Shown: piece after piece, positions 35,164 through 45,442 of the stretch
Numbering within the stretch: the first letter of the stretch is position 1
Layout: each line of letters opens with the position of its first letter
DNA from: an uncultured Gemmatimonadaceae bacterium
Lineage (GTDB): Bacteria > Gemmatimonadota > Gemmatimonadetes > Gemmatimonadales > GWC2-71-9
NCBI GenBank assembly: GCA_964642475.1
Contig: CAZXRC010000002.1
Location: 148,028-212,027, forward strand
Direction: 5' to 3'
Length of the DNA stretch: 64,000 nucleotides
Position numbers and translations under genes: made by a program
The notes under the pieces: model-generated
Told to the model about the DNA's origin: nothing
Databases searched by the model: none
What the model saw: only the letters and a program-made list of their open reading frames with translations

Positions 35164-36509
35164 ACCCCCAGCAACACCCCCGCCAACCCGAACAGCAGCG
35201 TGTACCCGCACACGTCCGTGAACGTCGTCACGAAGATCGAGGACGCGATCGCGGGATCGATACCGAACCGATTGAGCAGCAGCGGAATGAACGCCCCGGC
35301 AAACCCGGCCACGAGGAGATTCCCCGTCATCGCGAGGAAGACCACCAGCCCCAGGTTGTGGCCGTGGCCCAGGGCGGTGGCGACCGCCGCCGCGGCGAGC
35401 CCGTTCACCGCCCCGTTGGCCAGACCCGCCGCCATCTCCTTGCCGATGATCGGCAGCGCCTTCCCGACCGGCACCAGCCCCAGCGCCACCCGGCGTACCG
35501 TGACTGCCAGGGCCTGGGTGCCGCCGTTGCCACCCATGCCGGCGATGACCGGCATCCAGAAGATCAGCGCCTGCACCGCCGCCACCTTGCCGCTGAAGTA
35601 GCTCGCCACGGCCCCGGCGGCAAAGGCGGTCACCAGGTTGATCAGCAGCCACGGGAGCCGGCTCCGCACCGCGCCATGCCACGGGGCCGCCAGCTCTTCG
35701 TCGGCCGAGGTTCCGCCGAACTTGAGCAGGTCCTCGGTCTGTTCCGCCTCGACCACGTCGATGACATCGTCGAAGGTGACCTGGCCCAGGAGCTTGCCGG
35801 CTCCATCGACCACCGGCACCGCCGGGACGTTGTAGCGGCCCATCACCCGGGCCACCTCTTCCTGGTCGGTCTCCGGCGCCACCCGGACCTCGGTGTCGTC
35901 CATGATCTCGAGCACGGTCCGGGTGGCCGGCGTGGTTACCAGGCGTTTGATCGGAAGGACCCCCAGGAGATGGGCCTGCTCGTCCACCACGTAGACCTGA
36001 CTGAAGTCCTCGATCTCCTCCGCCTGGCGCCGGAGCGACTCGATGGCCTCGCCCGCCGTGTCGGTGGCCCGGACGGTCACCACCTGCGCCGTCATCAGGC
36101 CGCCGGCCGTCTCCGGGTCGTAGCGGAGCAGCTCCTCGATGTCGGCCCGGTCTTCGACCTCGGCGAGCACCCGTTCCTGATTCTCGGGATCGAGATTCCC
36201 CAGCAGGTCGGCGGCCTCGTCGTCCGGCAGCTCGTCGACGATCTCGCCCGCGGTCTCGGGCGATTCCTCGGCCAGCGTCTCCAGGGTCTCTTCCGCCTGG
36301 GTCTCGTCCGGCATCTCCACCAGCGCGGCACTCGAGAGCCGGGGCGGCAGCGCCTTCACCACCTCGATCCGCTCGTCGTCGTTGAGCGACGACAGCACGT
36401 CGCCCAGGTCCGCCGGCTCGGCCTTCTCCGCGAGGGCCAGAAAGCCCCGCAGGTTGCCCCGCCGCACCAGGTCGAGCATCGACCGGACGATTGCGACGGT
36501 GCGGTTCAT
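35160..36509 (-). CDS. mgtE: magnesium transporter MgtE
   Basis: An N-domain with acidic helices, tandem CBS (VVDEQAHLLGVLPIKRLV, VPVVDGAGKLLGQVTFDDVIDVV), and a C-terminal 5-TM MgtE channel domain (..GMGGNGGTQ..). Confidence 0.93.
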   Translation of the reverse strand: MNRTVAIVRSMLDLVRRGNLRGFLALAEKAEPADLGDVLSSLNDDERIEVVKALPPRLSSAALVEMPDETQAEETLETLAEESPETAGEIVDELPDDEAADLLGNLDPENQERVLAEVEDRADIEELLRYDPETAGGLMTAQVVTVRATDTAGEAIESLRRQAEEIEDFSQVYVVDEQAHLLGVLPIKRLVTTPATRTVLEIMDDTEVRVAPETDQEEVARVMGRYNVPAVPVVDGAGKLLGQVTFDDVIDVVEAEQTEDLLKFGGTSADEELAAPWHGAVRSRLPWLLINLVTAFAAGAVASYFSGKVAAVQALIFWMPVIAGMGGNGGTQALAVTVRRVALGLVPVGKALPIIGKEMAAGLANGAVNGLAAAAVATALGHGHNLGLVVFLAMTGNLLVAGFAGAFIPLLLNRFGIDPAIASSIFVTTFTDVCGYTLLFGLAGVLLGV

Positions 36510-37714
36510 CGGCCGGGGCCCCGTTCGGTCGTGGGGGCCAGGACGATCGGGGCGGGAGGACCGCGCCGGATGACCACCCGCTCCACCCGGGTGGGGCCGG
36601 CCTGGATCACGTCGAACTCGAGACCCCGGACCAGGAACCGCTCCCCCGGCTGGGGAATCCGGCCGGCCAGCTCGGTGAGGAGGCCGCTGGCGGTGCTGGT
36701 CCGGGCGCTGGGCAGCGCCACCTCGAAGCGCTCCTCGATGGCCGAGATCGGGGTCGATCCGTCGGCCTCGAAGACCAGGGGGCCAGTTCCGGCCTCGCCC
36801 TGCGCCTGGGTGTCGTACTCGTCGAAGATCTCGCCCACCAGCTCTTCCAGCAGGTCCTCCAGCGTGACGATGCCGAGCGTGCCGCCGAATTCGTCGAGCA
36901 CCACGGCCAGGTGGCGGCGCTCCCGCTGCAGGTCGAGCAGCAGGTCGCCGCAGGTCCGGCTGGCCGGCGCCTGGGCCACCGGCCGCACCGGGAGCCGGTC
37001 GCCGGGCTTGAGCTTGAAGAGATCGAAGGCGTGCAGCATCCCGACGATCTCGTCGAGCGTGCCCCGGTACACCGGCAGGCGGCTGTACCCACTCTGGGCA
37101 AAGACCTGGGTGATATCGTCGAGGGAGTCGTCCTCGGAGACCGCCACCAGGTTGGTGCGGGGCGTCATGACCTCGCGCACCGGCCGCTCGGTGAAGGTCA
37201 TCACCCCGCCCACCATGATCAGCTCGTCATCCACGGCCAGACCGGCGGCGGCTCCCTCCCGCCACACCGCCCGAAGCTCGCCGGCGCCCGGCACCGGGCG
37301 GGCCGGCAGCAGCAGTCCCACGAACCGCGAGACCGGCCGGAGCAGCGGGACCACGAAGTTGCGGAGCGCCTCCGCGCGGGGCCGTGCCAGCCAGCGGGGA
37401 ATCAGGTAGCCCGCGAGAATCACCGAGGGGACCGCGCCGAGGACCAGCAGCAGCGCCATGGCGGACAAGGTGAAGCCGGTGAGAAGCGCTGGGATGGCGG
37501 CGCCGACCACGATCACGCCCAGCGCGGTCAGGATGGCGGTGACGCTCAGGTACTGCTCCATCTCGGCCAGCCAGCTGATGGAGCCGGTCGCGCCCTTGAG
37601 CTGGGCCGCCACCGCGCGGGTGAGCTCGAGCCGGCTCAACGAGACCAGCGCCGTCCCCGCCACGGCGCCGAAGATGGCAAGCAGCAGCCCGATCGAGAAG
37701 ATGGTCCAGATCAT
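36506..37714 (-). CDS. CNNM/CorB-type protein (DUF21-CBS pair-CorC_HlyC), hemolysin-family
   Basis: N-terminal 4-TM DUF21, a CBS pair (REVMTPRTNLVAV.., VLDEFGGTLGIVTLEDLLEELVGEI) and a CorC_HlyC C-terminus. There are ATGA overlaps at both ends. Confidence 0.88.
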   Translation of the reverse strand: MIWTIFSIGLLLAIFGAVAGTALVSLSRLELTRAVAAQLKGATGSISWLAEMEQYLSVTAILTALGVIVVGAAIPALLTGFTLSAMALLLVLGAVPSVILAGYLIPRWLARPRAEALRNFVVPLLRPVSRFVGLLLPARPVPGAGELRAVWREGAAAGLAVDDELIMVGGVMTFTERPVREVMTPRTNLVAVSEDDSLDDITQVFAQSGYSRLPVYRGTLDEIVGMLHAFDLFKLKPGDRLPVRPVAQAPASRTCGDLLLDLQRERRHLAVVLDEFGGTLGIVTLEDLLEELVGEIFDEYDTQAQGEAGTGPLVFEADGSTPISAIEERFEVALPSARTSTASGLLTELAGRIPQPGERFLVRGLEFDVIQAGPTRVERVVIRRGPPAPIVLAPTTERGPGR

Positions 37715-38901
37715 TCCCCCTCCTCCACCTGCGCCGCGGCCCGGACCGGGCGAACCACCTTCACCCGCCGGACCCGGCGGCGCGCCACCTGTTCCACCGT
37801 CAGGGCGATCCCATCGACCTCGATCCGCTCGCCGGTCTTGGGCACCCGGCCGAACACGTCCAGTACCAGCCCACCCACGGTGGCGACATCTTCCCGCCGG
37901 AAGCTGTGCCCCAGCAGCGACTCCAGCTCGGAGAGCGGCACGCCCCCCTCCACCGAGAGCACCCCCTCGGCATCCTCGATGATCGACTTGGCTTCCTCGA
38001 CGTCATGCTCGTCCTGGATCTCGCCCACCACCTCCTCGAGGATGTCCTCCAGGGTGATGAGTCCCGCCGTACCCCCGAACTCATCGACCACCACGGCGAG
38101 GTGCCCCGGCCCGCGCTGAAAGTCCCGCAGCTGCCGGTCGAGGGTCTTGCCCTCGGGAACGAAGGCCGCCGGGCGGATCAGGGTGTGCCACTCCTCGGGC
38201 GCGTGGCCCGGGGGGAAGCTCCCCATGATGTCCTTGGCGTAGAGAATGCCGACCACCGCGTCGGGATGACCGTCGAAGACCGGGACTCGGGCGTGCTCCG
38301 AGGCGTTCAGGGTCGCGACCACTTCCTCCGGGGTGGCGGCATTGTCGATCGCGACGATGTCGATACGGGGCGTCATCACTTCCGCCACGGTCATGTCGGC
38401 CAGGGAAAAGAGACCCAGCAGCATGTCGCGCCGGACCGCGCCACTCTCGCGGTTGATCGGTGCCGCCGGCGGGCGCACCCGGCTGTCGGCCCAGGCGATG
38501 AGCCGCAGGAGGAAGCCGATGGCGCGCAGGGAGCGGATGGCGCCGGGGCGCACCAGCGGCGGGAGATCGGGGGCCAGCGCCGCCACGAGGCGCGGCAGGA
38601 TACTGGCCACCACCCAGACCAGTGTCACACCCAGGATCAGCCGGCCCAGGGCGCCGAGCGGGCCGAAGGCCCACCACCCCTCCGCCAGGCCGGCGGAGGC
38701 CCCCGCGAGCACCAGCAGGGCGAGGTGCCCGACATAGAGCGCCCGGGCCGGCGGCAGCGAATCGCTGTCGACGTGGCGCTGGTCCGCCAGGATCCGCGGG
38801 ACCTCCGCGTCGGCCTCGCCCGCGAGCGAGAGCCAGGCGGCCCAGATGGAGAAGAAGAGGGTCGCCAGCGGCGTGATGAGGTGGTGGAGCGTCTGGATCA
38901 C
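37711..38901 (-). CDS. second CNNM/CorB-type protein (paralog)
   Basis: Same architecture (AEVMTPRIDIVAI.., VVDEFGGTAGLITLEDILEEVVGEI). I prefer GTG 38901, which forms a GTGA overlap with the ybeY stop. The track ORF extends to ATG 38937. Confidence 0.85.
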   Translation of the reverse strand: MIQTLHHLITPLATLFFSIWAAWLSLAGEADAEVPRILADQRHVDSDSLPPARALYVGHLALLVLAGASAGLAEGWWAFGPLGALGRLILGVTLVWVVASILPRLVAALAPDLPPLVRPGAIRSLRAIGFLLRLIAWADSRVRPPAAPINRESGAVRRDMLLGLFSLADMTVAEVMTPRIDIVAIDNAATPEEVVATLNASEHARVPVFDGHPDAVVGILYAKDIMGSFPPGHAPEEWHTLIRPAAFVPEGKTLDRQLRDFQRGPGHLAVVVDEFGGTAGLITLEDILEEVVGEIQDEHDVEEAKSIIEDAEGVLSVEGGVPLSELESLLGHSFRREDVATVGGLVLDVFGRVPKTGERIEVDGIALTVEQVARRRVRRVKVVRPVRAAAQVEEGE

Positions 38902-39401
38902 GCGAGTGCCTTCACGTAGCGCTCCTGCCGCCGCCACATCGCGGATCGGGTGCGGTGGGGACCTTCGGGGTGGTCATAGCCCAGAACGTGCAGTGTGCCA
39001 TGGACAACCAGCCGGATCAGCTCTTCCCGGGGAGAAATCCCCAGCGCCTGGGCGCCGCTCCGGGCCACGGCGGGGCAGACATACACGTCGCCCAGCAATT
39101 CGCCGTCCGGACCCGGCAGGGCGAAGGAAAGCACGTCGGTGGGAAGGTCATGGCCCTTCCACTCCTGGTTGAGCCTCCGCATCCGCGCGGGACCGAGGAA
39201 GGTGACCGAGATGGTCGCGCTCCGTTTCTCCCCCCGGAGCACTGCCCGCACCAGGCGTTGGACACTCGCGGGGGATAACGCGGTCCCCTTCCGACCGCCT
39301 GGCCTTGAAGGAACCCCTCGCGCCGAGTCGCGCTGCGCGCTCCTCCCGGCGCTCGGTCGCCGCCTGACCGCCCGACCTTCAGCCGTTCTGGTCCTCCGCA
39401 T
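38898..39401 (-). CDS. ybeY: rRNA maturation endoribonuclease YbeY
   Basis: LNQEWKGHDLPTDVLSFALPG and the zinc motif HGTLHVLGYDH. The Arg-rich N-terminal ~45 aa is partly encoded by octamer-repeat-like DNA, so the start is uncertain. Confidence 0.85.
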   Translation of the reverse strand: MRRTRTAEGRAVRRRPSAGRSAQRDSARGVPSRPGGRKGTALSPASVQRLVRAVLRGEKRSATISVTFLGPARMRRLNQEWKGHDLPTDVLSFALPGPDGELLGDVYVCPAVARSGAQALGISPREELIRLVVHGTLHVLGYDHPEGPHRTRSAMWRRQERYVKALA

Positions 39402-40329
39402 AGGCCTTGATGATCTCCCGCACCAGCCGGTGGCGCACCACGTCGGTCTCGTCCAGATAGCAGAAGGCGACCCCGTCGATACCGGGGAGAATCCGCTCGA
39501 CCTGCACCAGTCCGGAGTCCTCCCGCTTGGGCAGATCGATCTGGGTCTTATCGCCGGTCACCACCACCCTGCTGTTCACGCCCAGGCGGGTGAGGAACAT
39601 CTTCATCTGGGCCCCGGTCGCGTTCTGAGCCTCGTCCAGGATGATGAACGCATCGGCCAGGGTCCGGCCCCGCATGTACGCCAGCGGGGCAATCTCGATG
39701 ACCCGGGTCTCGAGCGCCTTCTGCACCCGATCGTGGGGCATCATGTCCTCCAGCGCGTCGTACAGCGGCCGGAGATAGGGATCGACCTTGGCCTGCAGGT
39801 CGCCGGGGAGAAAGCCGAGCGATTCCCCCGCCTCGACCGCCGGCCGGGCGAGCACGATCCGCTTCACCCGCTTGCGGGCCAGCGCCTCGACCGCCTTGGC
39901 GACGGCGAGATAGGTCTTGCCGGTGCCGGCGGGGCCGATCCCCACGACGATGTCATGGGTACTCACCGCCTCGAGGTACTCCCGCTGACCCTGGGTCTTG
40001 GGCGCGATCACCCGCCGCAGCCCCGGCAGGATGATCTTCTGATCCAGCGCTCCCATCGGCTCGACCGAGGGTCCCGCCGCCACCAGGCGGGCCACGTCTT
40101 CGGGCGTCACCGACTCCCCCATGCGGGCCAGTTCCAGCATGCCCTGCACGACCGGGTTGGCCCGTTCCACCGCCTCCAGGCTGCCGCCCAGAAGCAGGGT
40201 GTCGCCCCGAAGGGTGGCCCGCACACCGGTGGCGCGCTGCAGCTCGATCAGGTTGGCGTCGTTCACCCCGGTCAGCAGCAGCGGGTCGGCGCCTTCGGTC
40301 GAGAGACGATGCTGGATGTCGTCAGGCAT
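39379..40329 (-). CDS. phoH: PhoH-like ATPase
   Basis: GPAGTGKTYLAVA (Walker A), ILDEAQN, VVTGDKTQIDLP. Start moved to ATG 40329, because the track ORF's extra 32 codons are hairpin-repeat sequence. Confidence 0.9.
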   Translation of the reverse strand: MPDDIQHRLSTEGADPLLLTGVNDANLIELQRATGVRATLRGDTLLLGGSLEAVERANPVVQGMLELARMGESVTPEDVARLVAAGPSVEPMGALDQKIILPGLRRVIAPKTQGQREYLEAVSTHDIVVGIGPAGTGKTYLAVAKAVEALARKRVKRIVLARPAVEAGESLGFLPGDLQAKVDPYLRPLYDALEDMMPHDRVQKALETRVIEIAPLAYMRGRTLADAFIILDEAQNATGAQMKMFLTRLGVNSRVVVTGDKTQIDLPKREDSGLVQVERILPGIDGVAFCYLDETDVVRHRLVREIIKAYAEDQNG

Positions 40330-40337
40330 GTTCCTCA

Positions 40338-40414
40338 GTTCCGAGTTCCGAGTTCCGGGTTCCGGGTTCCGATTGCAGGGCATGAGTCCAGAGGAGGCAA
40401 CTCGGAACTCCGAA

Positions 40415-40415
<1 letters not shown>
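40338..40415. repeat. inverted tandem-heptamer hairpin, (GTTCCGR)5 versus TCGGAAC-type
   Basis: GTTCCGA GTTCCGA GTTCCGG GTTCCGG GTTCCGA TTGC (40338-40376) versus GCAACTCGGAACTCCGAAC (40397-40415). The right arm touches the aspS stop. The left arm ends 9 nt from the phoH ATG. Confidence 0.85.
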
Positions 40416-42180
<1,765 letters not shown>

Positions 42181-42184
<4 letters not shown>

Positions 42185-42651
42185 CGTTCTTCAGCCTCGA
42201 TGAGCAACTGGTTGAATGCCTCGGCCGACCCCGCCCGCATCAGCGCCTCGCGCACCGACTCCCGACGGACCAGCCGGGCGATTCGCGAGAGGGCTTTGAC
42301 GTGCTGGCCGGCCGCGCTTTCCGGACCGATCAGCAGGAAGAGGAGCCGGACCGGCGCGCCATCGAGCGCGTCGAAGTCGATGCCCTCTGGATGGCTGCCG
42401 CAGACCAGCCAGAGATCCTGAACGGTGGAGACCTTGGCATGGGGGATGGCAATGCCGTGACCGATCCCGGTCGACAGCACCGCTTCGCGCTCCAGCACCG
42501 CACTCAGCAGCGGGGCCGTGTCGACCCCAGCCCGCTCGGCCAGGAGTTGGGTCAACTCGCGCAGCGCGCCCGGCTTGTCGCCGGCCGTGAGGGGCACCCG
42601 GATGCGATCGGGGGTGAGCAGCTCGGTTAGAAGGAGTCCGGAATCTGGCAC
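42181..42651 (-). CDS. ptsN: PTS EIIA(Ntr)-type regulatory protein (PtsN-like)
   Basis: LLTPDRIRVPL....REAVLSTGIGHGIAIPHAKV (phosphorylatable His context) and VRLLFLLIGPE. I prefer GTG 42651; the track ORF runs to 42747 and would collide with rlmN. The stop overlaps the aspS ATG. Confidence 0.75.
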
Positions 42652-42745
42652 AGTTCGGGGAATGCTAACCGGCCGGGGAAAGACGGGCAACCTTTTGGGG
42701 GAATGGCAGTTACAGCGAAGGACCCGGGCCGGGGACGGTGCCAGC

Positions 42746-43834
42746 ATGGTTATTCTTCATCCCATGTCGACCACCCTCCTCGACCAGACCCCCAGCGAAG
42801 CCCGCCAGCTCCTCCTCGACTGGGCCTCGAGTCGGGGCCTCCCGGCCTACCGAGCCCGCCAGCTCCTGCCGCGGCTGTGGGAGCGACCGGTCGCAAGCTG
42901 GCAGGATGCCACCGAGCTGCCGGCCGCGCTCCGGACCGAGCTCCAGCGGGAGCATCCCTTGCCCCGTCTCACGCTCGAAACGGTGCAGCACTCGGCCGAC
43001 GGGACCCGGAAGTATCTCTGGCGTCTTCACGACGGAGAGCTGATCGAGTCGGTCCTGATCCCCTCCGGGACTCGGAAGACTCTCTGCATCTCCTCCCAGG
43101 CCGGGTGCGCCCTCGGCTGTGTCTTCTGCGCCACCGGCCGGATGGGATTCCGGCGGAACCTCACGGCCTTCGAGATCGCCGGCCAGGTTCGGGAACTGGT
43201 CCTCGCCAACCGGGCCGACAAGCCCAGCAACATCGTCTTCATGGGGATGGGGGAACCGCTCCTCAACTGGCCGGCGGTTGACGTGGCGCTCACGATCCTC
43301 AACGACCCAGCGGGCCTCGGGATCGGCGCCCGGCACATCACCATCTCGACCGTCGGGATCATTCCGGGGCTGCAGGCGCTGGCGGCGCGGCCGGAGCAGT
43401 TCCGGCTCGCCATTTCTCTCCACGCCCCCACCAGCGCCCGCCGACTCACGCTCATGCCGATCGAAAAGAAGTACCACCTCGACGAGGTGCTCCGGGCGGC
43501 GGGGGCGTTCAAGAAGCGGATCACCTTCGAATACGTCCTCATCGCCGGAAAGAACGACACCGATGAGGACGCCGATGAGCTGGTGGGGTTGGCCCGACGC
43601 ATGGGCGCGATGGTGAACATCCTGCCGCTCCACCCCGGAGGGGCGCCGGGCCTCACGCCCACCGCGCCGCTCGCCATCCGGGATTTTGCCGACCGATTGC
43701 GAGCCCGCGGGGTCGAAGCGGTGGTGCGCCGGAGCCGCGGCCTCGACATCGCGGCGGCCTGCGGCCAGCTCAGGGTGGAGACCGAACGAAAGCGGAAAAC
43801 GGTCGCGGGCCGCGGGTCAGGGGTCGAGGGATGA
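42746..43834 (+). CDS. rlmN: 23S rRNA/tRNA A2503 methyltransferase RlmN (radical SAM)
   Basis: CISSQAGCALGCVFCATG (CxxxCxxC), GMGEPLLN, ISTVG. Start is ATG 42746 or ATG 42764. Confidence 0.92.
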   Translation: MVILHPMSTTLLDQTPSEARQLLLDWASSRGLPAYRARQLLPRLWERPVASWQDATELPAALRTELQREHPLPRLTLETVQHSADGTRKYLWRLHDGELIESVLIPSGTRKTLCISSQAGCALGCVFCATGRMGFRRNLTAFEIAGQVRELVLANRADKPSNIVFMGMGEPLLNWPAVDVALTILNDPAGLGIGARHITISTVGIIPGLQALAARPEQFRLAISLHAPTSARRLTLMPIEKKYHLDEVLRAAGAFKKRITFEYVLIAGKNDTDEDADELVGLARRMGAMVNILPLHPGGAPGLTPTAPLAIRDFADRLRARGVEAVVRRSRGLDIAAACGQLRVETERKRKTVAGRGSGVEG

Positions 43835-43877
43835 CCGTCGCGGTCACCCCGAGCCCTCCCCCCGGACCCGCGACCTC

Positions 43878-44690
43878 CTATCCCACCCTCTCCCCGCTGC
43901 CAAACCGGTACTTCGGCCCGTAATCGCCCAGGAACATCTGATGGCTGCGTAGCCCACTCCCATCCCACTCGTGGAGCAGGCATCCGGGTGGCTCGTGGAT
44001 GAACACTTCCGGTCCCTCCGGAGCGAGCTCCAGCGGAATCTGGTGGGCCGTGCTCGGCGCGATCAGGCCGATCGCGTGCCCCAGGCGACGAACGACCGTT
44101 CGATGCACATGCCCCGCCAGTACGGCCAGCACCTGGGAATGACGCCCCAGGATGTCGAGGAAGGCCTCCCGATCCACCAGCCCCAACCGATCCATGAATC
44201 CGATGCCGACGTCGAACGGCGGATGATGCAGCGCGATCAGCGTCGGCCGGGCGGTGCCTCCCGCCAGCATCCGCTGGAGCCAACCGAGCTGGTCCGGGCC
44301 GAGCCGCCCCTCCCCCGACCCGGGGATGACCGAATCGAGCGCCACAATCCGCACCGGAAAACGTTCGTCGACATAGGCCAGGCAGTCGTCTCCCACCACC
44401 TGCCCCAGATAGGGTCCCAACGCCGAGCGGCAGGGGCCCCGCGCGTCGTGGTTGCCGGGAAGCACCAGGATGGGCACGCTGAGGCGAGCCAGAGCGGTGG
44501 CGGCCAGCCGGTACTCCTCCGGGAGGCCAAGATCGACGAGGTCGCCGGTGATCAGGACCAGGTCAGGGCGTGGGATCAGGCGTTCGACGTGGGTGACCGC
44601 CGCTTCGAGGAACGGCAGAGTCTCGACCCGCCCCGCGAGCGGGTCGCCGGGGCGCCGCACGTGGGGGTCGGAGAGTTGGAGGATGCGCAC
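43878..44690 (-). CDS. metallophosphoesterase (CpdA/GpdQ-like phosphodiesterase)
   Basis: LSDPH, ITGDLVD, PGNHD, LHHPP and GHVH are the calcineurin-like phosphoesterase motifs in order. GTG start 44690. Confidence 0.85.
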   Translation of the reverse strand: MRILQLSDPHVRRPGDPLAGRVETLPFLEAAVTHVERLIPRPDLVLITGDLVDLGLPEEYRLAATALARLSVPILVLPGNHDARGPCRSALGPYLGQVVGDDCLAYVDERFPVRIVALDSVIPGSGEGRLGPDQLGWLQRMLAGGTARPTLIALHHPPFDVGIGFMDRLGLVDREAFLDILGRHSQVLAVLAGHVHRTVVRRLGHAIGLIAPSTAHQIPLELAPEGPEVFIHEPPGCLLHEWDGSGLRSHQMFLGDYGPKYRFGSGERVG

Positions 44691-44786
44691 AGGTGTAGGC
44701 TAGCAGGCGAGGGGCGGGCTGTGCCAGGGCGAGGGTGGTACCGGCGTCGTCGGTGAGGTCGCTACCGGATGAGCGCCGGCGTCTCT

Positions 44787-45188
44787 TCACCCTTCCTTGT
44801 TCTTGTCGCTCCAGATCCGGGGTTCCCACAGCTCCACCTTGTTGCCGTCCGGATCCATGATCCAGGCGAACTTCCCGTTCTCGTGGGACTCGGGACCGCT
44901 CAGCGGCGTGATGCCGGCCTGGCGGAGTTGCTCAAGGAGACCAGCGAGATCGTCGACGCGATAGTTGATCATGAACGACGCGGGGCTCGGCGCGAACCAC
45001 TCGCTCCCCCGGTCGGCGAGGTGCCAGACCGTCAGGCCGCGATCTTCGGCGTGATCATCGGGCCACCGGAGGATGGCACCGCCAAAGCTCTCGAGAGGCA
45101 GGCCGAGATGACGGTGGTACCAGGCCGCCAGTGCGTCCTTGTCGTCACTCTTGAAAAACACGCCGCCGATCCCGGTGATGCGTGCCAT
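44787..45188 (-). CDS. VOC (glyoxalase/bleomycin-resistance fold) family protein
   Basis: MARITGIGGVFFKSDDKDALAAWYHRHLGL...AWIMDPDGNKVELWEP. Start moved to ATG 45188. Confidence 0.8.
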   Translation of the reverse strand: MARITGIGGVFFKSDDKDALAAWYHRHLGLPLESFGGAILRWPDDHAEDRGLTVWHLADRGSEWFAPSPASFMINYRVDDLAGLLEQLRQAGITPLSGPESHENGKFAWIMDPDGNKVELWEPRIWSDKNKEG

Positions 45189-45208
45189 GGAAGACCCCAC
45201 CCGATGCG

Positions 45209-45238
45209 TTGACGGAGCGATGATGGTCCCCATATTAT
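45209..45238 (+). promoter_or_regulatory. strong sigma-70-like promoter candidate
   Basis: TTGACG (45209-45214), 18-nt spacer, TATTAT (45233-45238). This is the best -10 hexamer I saw in the window. Confidence 0.4.
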
Positions 45239-45442
45239 GGTGAGAATAGTATCCGGTCAATGCCGGCGGTCCCCCGGTTGCGGGGCCACCTGGTGCCGGT
45301 CGATTGCGCGGCGGAGTTGGTCGCCGTGATGGAGCCCTTTCCCGCGCGTGTGACGGAGCCATCGCTCCCGTCACGGCGCCAGGGGCAGATCGAACCGGGC
45401 CCGAGCCGAAGCACCGGGCGTCGAGGGCGCCGTCGGCCGGAG

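Noticed and set aside
35160-36600. An M-box or other riboswitch in front of mgtE.
   Set aside because: The mgtE ATG (36509) overlaps the stop of the upstream corB gene, so no leader exists.
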